Part shown: piece after piece, positions 39,365 through 48,259 of the stretch | Numbering within the stretch: the stretch's first letter is position 1 | Layout: each line of letters opens with the position of its first letter | From: Tetramitus jugosus | Taxonomy: Eukaryota > Protista > Heterolobosea | Direction: 5' to 3' | Assembly: GCA_937625935.1 (NCBI GenBank) | Contig: OW569366.1 | Coordinates: 372,001 to 436,000 of the forward strand | DNA length: 64,000 nucleotides | The notes under the pieces: model-generated | Database searches by the model: none | Seen by the model: only the letters and a program-made list of their open reading frames with translations | Told to the model about the DNA's origin: nothing | Position numbers and translations under genes: made by a program

Positions 39365-41116
39365 CTATTCAATAATCTTGTCAATTTTCAATAATGTGCA
39401 TGTCATTTCGGTGGCAAGCCGAAGTATGCTGCTCTTCATCTTGAGGGTTTCAAATACTTCCAGTTGAGTCATATCCATGGATTCGACCTGATACTCAGAG
39501 TTTGTTCCCACACCATAGCTCCGATACTGCTCACCACCTGAGCGGTGCAACTGTAACAAGTCCTGTACATAGCCTACACTATTGGCCGCACCATTATTCT
39601 CAGCCAAAGCAAGAGGGATGCACAACAGACTAGATATCCAAAACTCGAGCACATCAACCAACTGGTACAAGCGATTGCTTTGCAATTCACTGACAACATC
39701 GTTCTTTTGCATTTCTTGTTCTCGCTCCTCGATGTACTGATCAGCCCATTTCCTCATCCGTAGATGCAGTTCGCATTCTGTTGCACCTCCACCAATGAGC
39801 ATATCACTGTTCATCATACAGTCTCTCACACTACACATGGCATCAAATAGTGAGCGTTTTATGTCCTCGGCTACTAACTGATTGATCGCATGGATCAATA
39901 TCGTACAGACTCTCGGATTGGTGCATCCCTCTATGACAATCACAGTACTCGAGCTGTTAGAGCTATTGGGATTCTGTTTTTGGAAGATGTGTTCCGCGCT
40001 TCCTATCATATCCGATGTCAAGTCCGTAATTCGCGAACAGATCGTTGCTCCAACAGCCATCGCTACTCTTTCTAATTCATGGCCAGGCACCCAACGAACA
40101 GCAACCATGTTGTTCTGATAAAGCCATTCATTAACCTCATGATCCATTCCCCACTGACATATCACAGTATTTACAGATAGTTCAGATAATTTGTCAAATA
40201 TTTGTTCAAAATAGGATTGTTCTACTCGCTTCAACTCATCAAACTCTCCTCTATTCGTAATCTGAATCGTATGTTTTGTTTTCAGCCTTGGTGGTTCCAA
40301 CGCACAAGAGAGAACAGCAATACGAGCATTCTTCATTTCATTCGGCATGTTATCATGCGAAAAGCTCTTCTTGAGACTGACACCTCTCACAAGCTCAGCA
40401 CAATGAAAATCTGCTTGAACGTCATTTGACACGTAATCATGTTCCAAGTGCTCCATAGCAATATATCGCAATTGAATATCCAACTTGTTGTCCGATGAAT
40501 GAGATGAAACGAGTTGTACAGCATCCACACACAACGAAGACAAGTATTCCCTATCTCTGCTCACCAATTTTGTGCTCAGACTTGTTTTCGCAGCATTATG
40601 AATCGCACGATTGACTCCTCTTGTTGCATCACCAGTACACAACAACTGATTCAACTCACGGATCGCAAACTCTGATGCAATCTTGTACCCTTCGATCACA
40701 GTCAACGGATGAATTCCTCTCTGCATGAGCTGCACAGCCTTGTAACACATTTCCCCACACAAAACAACCACACTCGTGGTTCCATCACCACAGGCAACAT
40801 CTTGATTCTTGCTCAATTGGACCATGAGATGAAAAATGGGTCTTCGAGGAGGCAAACTAAGTGCACCACCATTTTCACTCTCAATTCTCTCATTCAAAAC
40901 ATTGGATTGATACTGGTTGGCACTCTTCTTTTGAAAAATTTGTTCAAGCATCGTTCGACCATCACATGTGATCAACAGCTCACCACTGGGACGCACAATG
41001 AGCTTATCTCTGCTCACAGGACCTAGAGAAGACTTGATCAATTGGGAGACTTGATAGGCACAGGACAAGTGATGGATCTCATTGTGGAACTGTGCAAATG
41101 GCGACAATGTTGTCAT
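39365..41116 (-). CDS. Divergent group II chaperonin, CCT5 (epsilon)-like
   Basis: GDGTTSVVV, GGGATE; CCT5-type LEPPRLKTKH, VICQWG and AVRWV. Likely ATG at 41116 (MTTLSPF), just beyond the PIGZ stop. Confidence 0.85.
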   Translation of the reverse strand: MTTLSPFAQFHNEIHHLSCAYQVSQLIKSSLGPVSRDKLIVRPSGELLITCDGRTMLEQIFQKKSANQYQSNVLNERIESENGGALSLPPRRPIFHLMVQLSKNQDVACGDGTTSVVVLCGEMCYKAVQLMQRGIHPLTVIEGYKIASEFAIRELNQLLCTGDATRGVNRAIHNAAKTSLSTKLVSRDREYLSSLCVDAVQLVSSHSSDNKLDIQLRYIAMEHLEHDYVSNDVQADFHCAELVRGVSLKKSFSHDNMPNEMKNARIAVLSCALEPPRLKTKHTIQITNRGEFDELKRVEQSYFEQIFDKLSELSVNTVICQWGMDHEVNEWLYQNNMVAVRWVPGHELERVAMAVGATICSRITDLTSDMIGSAEHIFQKQNPNSSNSSSTVIVIEGCTNPRVCTILIHAINQLVAEDIKRSLFDAMCSVRDCMMNSDMLIGGGATECELHLRMRKWADQYIEEREQEMQKNDVVSELQSNRLYQLVDVLEFWISSLLCIPLALAENNGAANSVGYVQDLLQLHRSGGEQYRSYGVGTNSEYQVESMDMTQLEVFETLKMKSSILRLATEMTCTLLKIDKIIE

Positions 41117-41205
41117 TGTTTCTTGATGAATGAAAAGCTTTTCTTGTTTTCTTGTTTTCTTTGCATTTTTTATTGAGCAGGACAAGCTGTTATCAGGAAG
41201 GCCAT

Positions 41206-42837
41206 TTAGCATGTCAAGGAGAGGATATAGAGGTGAAATTGAGATTGAATGGAAGAGGCTAGATCCTCTGTACTGATATGAGGGAACAGGGAGTGAACAA
41301 TGGGTGCACACTCACTGTAACGATTTGTGATGAGCAAATGTCGAGATAAAGTGTCATTGCTCTGTGAACATACTCTCTTCAGGAGCTGATCACAACTCAA
41401 GTCACTCATGGAACCTCTTTCGTCAGTTAGTTGTAACCGCGAGTCGCTTCGGTTCGCTAATAAGAGGTACATTGGAGGCATGTACGTTCCTTCAAATGTC
41501 ACATGAAGTTTCTCCAAGGGTTTGGTGTTGCGAAGTTCAGATTGGACTCGAAAGAGTGATGATAGGACTCCAGCTTGATGGAAAAATCCAAAAAACAAGG
41601 CAACGATCAGTGCATAGGCAAATATGGACTTGGTCTTGAACAAGAAGAAGCTCTTATTGGGCGGATCATCTCTCGTCAAGTAATAGTACAGGACGACGAG
41701 TGGTAGAGTGCACGGCAACAAAAACCTTGGTTCCTGATGAGGTGCCAAACTCAGGAATCCCACGCCCATAATCACGGACAATAAGCTTGTCCAGAATAAA
41801 CTTGAGCGATAATAGCGTATCTGATTACACTTTTGAATCAACTTGCATACTACGGCAAGTAACAACGGCCCGTACAACATTGGCAAATTTACCAACGAGT
41901 GCAAATAACGTGGATGCAATGTATGAAGGGACAAATTCTCTGTTTTCATATTGTAGAGTAAATTATTGAGTGGAGTAATAGTCCACTGACCGTAGTAAAC
42001 ACTGTCACACCACACGCACACAAAACTCATCCCACAAAATCCAACTAACCAAAACAATGATCTCCGAATCACTTCCCAAACATACTTGACTCCTCTGCTC
42101 TTTCCGCTCTTATTGTTCTTACTCCACGTCCAACTTTCAACAAACAAGTAATAAGCTACGAATGAAAAAGCAAACATGGGAAAAGTAAAGCGAACAAACA
42201 ATCCCACTGCACATATCACACCCACAACAATCGAATGAATCCACCTTGTTTCTCTCCTTGAATTATCGCAACAATATCCACATAGACAAACCAAAACAAA
42301 CGCTTCGAGCGTATTGGAAAACGTTCTTGTGTGAAACAGCAAAACAGGCCACAAACAAGCATAAATCACCTTGATGCGTTGTCCAGTCGCACTTGCATTC
42401 TTAGCAGTCTCTTTTTCTGATTTTCCTCCTTTTCCTCCTTGTTCCTCATTGTCAATCAACCGAGCTACACAATGATCCACAAACAGAGACACAATAAACA
42501 ACAACAACCGAGGTGCAAACAACAAGGCATAAACTAAGGATTCCTCACTCAACACTCGCCCCACCAACCACTCACGAATCACATAAAAGGGCACTCCACT
42601 GACCAGCATTGGAAACAACACACATCTTTGTTGCTCCTTGAACTCCCACGGTATCATATTACTTTTATGAACAAGTGTTTCATTGGATCGAAAGATGATT
42701 GTCGAGGCAATCGAAGGAGATTGAAAGAATTCATCTGGATGGATATATCCCGTAGTAAAGATGAACACAAATCTCAAAACCAGGAGAGAAAAATAGATCA
42801 AACGTTCATGATATCCACGATTATTTTGTTTTGTCAT
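41206..42837 (-). CDS. PIGZ: GPI mannosyltransferase 4 (Smp3/PIG-Z)
   Basis: GYIHPDEFFQS, RTFSNTLE, TPLNNLLYN, HPRYLHSLVNLPMLYGP, PHQEPRFLLP, FHQAGV. Confidence 0.92.
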   Translation of the reverse strand: MTKQNNRGYHERLIYFSLLVLRFVFIFTTGYIHPDEFFQSPSIASTIIFRSNETLVHKSNMIPWEFKEQQRCVLFPMLVSGVPFYVIREWLVGRVLSEESLVYALLFAPRLLLFIVSLFVDHCVARLIDNEEQGGKGGKSEKETAKNASATGQRIKVIYACLWPVLLFHTRTFSNTLEAFVLVCLCGYCCDNSRRETRWIHSIVVGVICAVGLFVRFTFPMFAFSFVAYYLFVESWTWSKNNKSGKSRGVKYVWEVIRRSLFWLVGFCGMSFVCVWCDSVYYGQWTITPLNNLLYNMKTENLSLHTLHPRYLHSLVNLPMLYGPLLLAVVCKLIQKCNQIRYYRSSLFWTSLLSVIMGVGFLSLAPHQEPRFLLPCTLPLVVLYYYLTRDDPPNKSFFLFKTKSIFAYALIVALFFGFFHQAGVLSSLFRVQSELRNTKPLEKLHVTFEGTYMPPMYLLLANRSDSRLQLTDERGSMSDLSCDQLLKRVCSQSNDTLSRHLLITNRYSECAPIVHSLFPHISTEDLASSIQSQFHLYILSLTC

Positions 42838-43400
42838 TCTGTTTTTTTGGTTTGTTGATCTGGGATCTGCCAAGCAAACAACTGTTGTTTTCTATCCCAG
42901 CAGATGAGGTTGGTTTCTTCTCAGAACAACAAAGAAGTCCCAATGAATGTGAAAATCTCGGATGGTGAGAGCCAGGAGCACCTTTCTTCTTTTACGACTA
43001 CGGATGACAAACTATACACTGTCGGGCGATTCAAACAACATGACAACAGAACCTGTGCGAAGATAGGCATATGATGCCATTGCCGTTTTTGGTGTAGTAG
43101 GCGACGAATTCCTTGTCTTTCAGTGCAGCCCAAAGAATGGAGATCAGGTGTATTCTATGGGAACGAACAACCATAATATTAAGTTGGGAGAAATGGGAGT
43201 TAACTCCAATTTTTCCGTTGTTGTAAGAGTGGAGTGACTTCTATCCAACAGATAATTATTGAATGGAAGCTCCTTTTCATTAAGGACCTTCTAATATTAA
43301 TTATGTGCGATATTCCTGACAAGTTATACGATCAACAGTCATTTGAGTTAAGGACATTGTGTTCCAGGTCAATTGTTTTCAATTACTATTTACTATTGGT

Positions 43401-45089
43401 CTATACATATGAATAATGTGGAACGTTTTCTGGATCAAGTATCTTGTACTCAAATACAGGCTCAGTTCTTGCCTTGATGCGTTGTGAGATACGGTTCAAC
43501 TCTTCATAGAAATATTGGATAGGATGACGCACATCTGTCTGAAGAGAGAAGGCAGCATTTCCGAGCTGAATACTTGGTTCTAGCAATTGTTCAAATACTC
43601 CAGCTTGCCTGATTTGAAGTAGAGATGTCTCAAGGTCTGGTAGCCAGTCTACAATATTGTCGACTTCTCCCTTGCTTGTTGGTAGTGGTTGTCTAAAGAG
43701 AAGTGGATGCATTGGTAGTACAGTGGCATAGTTGTAAACAACGAAGGTGTTTGAAGAATGGTGCTGGACAGTGCATAGGAATATGATCTGGGTCACAACC
43801 CTCATCAACTCTTCTCTTGTTCTTATTGTGGATGGGAATCCAGTGACTAAAGAAGACGCCTCTTGAATCCATGCATTCAGTTCTCTATCGTTGATTATAT
43901 CATCGTTGGAGCAGTAGTATGACTTGATGTATAGAAGAACGAATTGGTGGATGGCAGCGAACAAAGACTCTGCGTCTTCCATGTATGTATAGTCTGGAAT
44001 ATTTCCTACTCCTCTTCTTTCCTTATCTATATCTGGGTAGTGTTCTGAGAAGTTGTAATTAGCTTTCAGATACTCTAGATAGTCAGTTCCTCCCTCACCT
44101 CCAAAAGCGAATATTCTATCAAAAACAGTTCCGTTCTGATATAGTAAATTGATAGTGGCAGGTGGAATTCCATATTGGTAATCCAGATGGTGTTGTAGAA
44201 GTGGATATAGTGGATGGACATTGGCAACGTTTCTTTCAAGTGCCAATCTTACTGTTACCATAGATGAATGTGTCCACATGACATGGTCTCCTTGCTGCGC
44301 AAAAACTGCTGCTGCATTCGCCAATAGTTTAGCTAGCAACCAGTCTTTTGGATCATCAGTATACGAGTACACTATATCAGTCTCTGGAACATAGATTGCT
44401 AAAGGCATTAGCAAATCATTTTCGTCAATATTGAACAGAGTTGCTGGAGCTGAAAAGTATCCATGTCTCACAGGAATGAAATTCAAGTAAGTATAGTCTT
44501 CAATGAAGAGTATTCCAGATTCAATCAATTCATTCAGATCTGTACTATTGTCCAGACCTTCAATTCTAGTCACATCAAATGGAATATCATCCAGACTTGT
44601 CACCTGTTGTAATCTGTGTGGAAACACAGTTAATCTTTCTCTTCCAAAGTATTCATCACTTGTGATATTCGCCTGTAAAGCTTTTGGTTTAGGGAATAGA
44701 GTGTATAGCGAAAAGTAGTCATCAAACTCTTCCAGAACAAGTCCAGATTCCAATGTACTTTCAATTCGTTCTCCCAATGCAGCAGCTTCAACTGAGAACC
44801 TTGTAGCAAGAATAACAAATTCTGATTGTTCATTGGATCTTCCGAACGGACCATCAGGAAGTGGAAACCATGAATCAGCATGAGTTTCATTATCATAACC
44901 CCACAATACATGCTTTCTTGCAAGTTCTTGTTGTCTTGTCAAGTGGAATGAACCTCTTGGTGGAGATCTCTGAGGGATCGATAGTATGTTACCATTGGGA
45001 CACACATGACAAAGAACAATAGTAATAGCACTTGATAGTAGTAGTAATGTGAAGAGTAGCTGTGATGGTACTTGGTGATACTGTTTCAT
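43401..45089 (-). CDS. Secreted lipoxygenase
   Basis: Signal peptide; SDEYFGRERL, DWLLAK, HVMWTH (H-x4-H), HPLYPLL, QHHSSN, C-terminal ...HYSYV. No PLAT domain. Confidence 0.9.
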   Translation of the reverse strand: MKQYHQVPSQLLFTLLLLSSAITIVLCHVCPNGNILSIPQRSPPRGSFHLTRQQELARKHVLWGYDNETHADSWFPLPDGPFGRSNEQSEFVILATRFSVEAAALGERIESTLESGLVLEEFDDYFSLYTLFPKPKALQANITSDEYFGRERLTVFPHRLQQVTSLDDIPFDVTRIEGLDNSTDLNELIESGILFIEDYTYLNFIPVRHGYFSAPATLFNIDENDLLMPLAIYVPETDIVYSYTDDPKDWLLAKLLANAAAVFAQQGDHVMWTHSSMVTVRLALERNVANVHPLYPLLQHHLDYQYGIPPATINLLYQNGTVFDRIFAFGGEGGTDYLEYLKANYNFSEHYPDIDKERRGVGNIPDYTYMEDAESLFAAIHQFVLLYIKSYYCSNDDIINDRELNAWIQEASSLVTGFPSTIRTREELMRVVTQIIFLCTVQHHSSNTFVVYNYATVLPMHPLLFRQPLPTSKGEVDNIVDWLPDLETSLLQIRQAGVFEQLLEPSIQLGNAAFSLQTDVRHPIQYFYEELNRISQRIKARTEPVFEYKILDPENVPHYSYV

Positions 45090-45475
45090 TTTGTTTTTTC
45101 TTCTTTGTTAATTAGATCCAGATTCTTTTTCAACAAATTCATTAATTGATCCGGACTTCGGATCTTGTTCAATCTGGATGGAGGGAAAAGGAGGTGTTAA
45201 AAAATCGATCAGGATCCACTTGATCTCCTCCACCTAGCGCATATTGCTTTGCTGCCGGTCGTTGACACTCATCCCTGGACAAATCTATCTTTATCGGTAT
45301 TCTTCTCTTTGGCCTTTGTGAGTAACTCATGGAGGGATATCCCTAGTTGCTGATAGTTGTTCTGCCATTTTTTTATTGTTTGTTTGATTCCTTTGTTTAG
45401 TTGTTTATAAGTCCCTGGTTTTATTTGAATTTATCCAAAAATACGTATTCGTGTAATCACATTGCTGTGGTGATA

Positions 45476-45697
45476 CTGACCTGTCGACGCAGTCCGTCAA
45501 CCACCGTCAGCAGCTCCTCATCTTGGTCAACCTCTTGTTGACAGCCTTGAGAGGATCATGTGGTCTCTCGACGTATCGAGTGACCGTGGCCTTGATCTTG
45601 TTCTCTCCACTGAGCACTGCTCGCACATAGGTTTCATCACCCATGACCACGAATGCAGTGTCACGCTTCTTGAGCACTGCCAACCTTCTCAGGCCCT
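45476..45697 (-). mobile_element. Fragment of the same ORF1-only element upstream of tRNA-Asp
   Basis: Translates to VLKKRDTAFVVMGDETYV...PHDPLKAVNKRLTKM/EELLTVVDGLRRQV, versus VLKKHNTAFVVMESETYV...PRDPVKAVSKRLTKMYQELLAVVDDLRHQV in the long copy. DNA at 45478-45553 closely matches 31317-31397. Confidence 0.85.
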
Positions 45698-45817
45698 ATG
45701 TTCTTCACTTGGCGCAGATCCTTTCCGTGTAGTAGTCCACAATGCATAACGGCTTTTTGTGGCTATTCAGTTTTGGGTCAACTGGGCAAAATATATAAAG
45801 CCGGAAGATTAACAACA

Positions 45818-45888
45818 TCGGTCATGGTATAGGGGTAGCATTCCAGACTGTCACTCTGGCGACCCGGGTTCGATTCCCGGTGATCGAG
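45818..45888 (+). tRNA. tRNA-Asp(GTC)
   Basis: TCGGTCA/TGATCGA acceptor stem, CCAGA-CTGTCAC-TCTGG, GGTTCGATTCC, downstream T-runs; TATATAAA about 26 nt upstream. Confidence 0.9.
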
Positions 45889-45943
45889 GTGTTTTGTCTT
45901 TTCTTTTGAATTCTTCCGGTCGAAATTTCACACGAAGAAAAAC

Positions 45944-47051
45944 ATGCAAGCAAAGCTCTCACGAACCACTCTTTGCATGAAGAGAAGCTTGGCAGCAAAC
46001 TTGCTACACAACAAACGCCCACTCCAATTATCCACCATCCAACAACCTCCTCCTCTTGGTTGTTTCCACACTTTCTCTTGTTCAACCACATACTCCAACA
46101 ATAACAACAACAACTATAACAACAACAAGACTGAAAATGCTTCTTCTTCTGCTGAAGAACAATATCATCAAAAACAACCATTTATCATTACGACCAAGGA
46201 AGAACAACGAGCGAATCCCAATGGTATCTTGCATGAAAATTTTCGGTTCATGATACCCATGGAAGAACAATTGTCTGCCATGAAAAGAGGCGAACGAATG
46301 GGACCTCATGACAAGCAGTATGTGTGACACGATTGTCGTTTTTTTTTGTTGTGTCTTGTCTCTTGTCTGTCGGCCAAACACAGCTTGTCTGACCTTTTCA
46401 TGATGATGATCATTTATTCAAACATCACACAAAAATCAAAGTTTTTTGAATTTGACCAATGGTTTACAGATGATTCATGAAGAGAAGGATGATCAACTAC
46501 CCATGCCCATCAATCAAATGCAATTTGTTCGAATGCAAAGTACGCATCTCGAAGCCAATCGTTACGACTCATTCTTGGAAGAATTGGATCACAATTTATT
46601 GATGCATTTGGCACTTGGTTATCGTTGTTTCATTTATGATTATGGTAGTCGAAAGATGGATAGTATGGTAGGGCAGGCGAGAGCACTGTGGCAAGGTGTG
46701 CTGTGGACACGGTTCGCACTCAATCGAATGTGGCTCGATCGGTTGACTGATGAAGACCCTGTTTATTATTTGGATCCGGAGCAGAGGTTTGCGAGAAGCA
46801 CGGATTTTTATCCGGATTTTAGGAGACAAATGGTGCCTTGTCTGAGTACAAACAAGGTGTTGCGTCGACGTGTCAAGTATTATTCAAAGTTTGTGAATGC
46901 GGAGGCAATGCCCCATGGAATTCAATTGTTTGGTGTGTTCAAGTATACGACAAAGGATGGTAATGAGCCTTATTATGTGGAATGTGCCAAGGAGTATCAT
47001 GCTAGAGCGGCCAAGATGCATAGTCAGAAGGAGCCACTTGCAAAGCAATAA
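45944..47051 (+). CDS. Conserved-looking uncharacterised protein (NLTNG / RxQST / YDYGSR / RALWQG motifs), 2 exons
   Basis: Intron 46318-46441 (GTATGT..AAG) restores HDKHFLNLTNG and joins the two ORFs; the N-terminus resembles a mitochondrial presequence. Confidence 0.65.
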
Positions 47052-47175
47052 ACGACAGCTGATACCAAGAAAATGATGACTGTGTGCGCGTATATTGTAA
47101 TGGGATCATTGATTACTGGAGTAGTGGTGGTGATGAGAGTACTAATTTCATGTATGTACATAAGGAGGTGATAAC

Positions 47176-48033
47176 TTATTCGAAACGCATTGTTTTGAGT
47201 CCATGCGATGACTTTCCAGGAAATTCCAAGCTCGGTAACCAACCATAGTCATGAGAGGTGAGCTTTCGATGATTGTTGTATCTAGTGTGGGGTGAATCTT
47301 TCCGGAACTGTGTTTTTACCATATCTTCCGCATGTCTTACAATATGGCTATCATCTTTCAATGATTTCTCCTTTTCATGCGATTCAATCTCTCTATTCCT
47401 CCTCTCGCGGTTCTTCTCGAGTTCATACTGATAGAGGTCGCTTCTTTCGAATGCTTGATGAGGATTAAGACTGAATGTCTTCCGGATTGATTCATCAATA
47501 TCATGCTGAAGCATTGCCCGGTGGTCCTTTACTTGACTAGGTATTGTTTTGTTGGGTGGAAGATTTTGGTTATAGTACTTCAACATCTTACTATTCGCAT
47601 TATGTCGTGCGGGATCCTGCTTCATGTAATATTTATCTCTCAAACCCCTTCGCTGTGGAGGTTCTGGTACCAGTGTCAACTCTGAAAAGTGTGGATCTCC
47701 GCCGCCGCTCGTGCTTGGCCTTGCTGTTAATGTTTTTCTACCATTCACTCGAGATTCTGCACTAGTGTAAGGTCTTTGCTGTCTCTCGGTTCTTCTCTGC
47801 ATTTCACAATTGATCATTAGTGGACGACTGTCGCTACTAGAACAAGCAAACGAGGTACATACTTGATCATCTGCCTTCTCTGCGATTCTCTTCTTCTCCT
47901 CGGGTACCAGATAGTCAAAGTTTCGAGCCCATTGTCTCGCTCTAGTCTTCTCGTTGTGACAGCTGATTCGCCATATTTCGTCCAACACGGTATTAACTTC
48001 ATTCCTCGCGGCAGATGTTCCTATCTTGCTCAT
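47176..48033 (-). CDS. Probable ciliary microtubule inner protein (C20orf85/CIMIP1-like)
   Basis: NTVLDEIWRISCHNEKTRARQWARNFDYL resembles the C20orf85-type DEIW...W..NW motif; C-terminal TSHDYGW; probable in-frame intron at 47797-47862. Confidence 0.55.
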   Translation of the reverse strand: MSKIGTSAARNEVNTVLDEIWRISCHNEKTRARQWARNFDYLVPEEKKRIAEKADDQVCTSFACSSSDSRPLMINCEMQRRTERQQRPYTSAESRVNGRKTLTARPSTSGGGDPHFSELTLVPEPPQRRGLRDKYYMKQDPARHNANSKMLKYYNQNLPPNKTIPSQVKDHRAMLQHDIDESIRKTFSLNPHQAFERSDLYQYELEKNRERRNREIESHEKEKSLKDDSHIVRHAEDMVKTQFRKDSPHTRYNNHRKLTSHDYGWLPSLEFPGKSSHGLKTMRFE

Positions 48034-48259
48034 ATCCTCTCCTATCTGACTCTAACACTCGAAATTCTATTCTAAGGGCCTAAACTACTCGAGTTCTAAT
48101 TCTTTTCTGTTGACGCAAGGATGCAACATTCTCTCTGTAGATTCAGTAACCGCCTTTTTCTGGCGCGAAGATTGCTGTTCACCATGATTCCTTCGAGCAA
48201 AAATTGATGAACGAACGCTCCTGTTATCACAGAGTCAATAATAGATAGAGACACCAAAG

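Noticed and set aside
41117-41311. Apparent overlap of PIGZ and the CCT5-like ORF
   Set aside because: Chaperonin similarity begins after the ATG at 41116; the upstream extension has no support.
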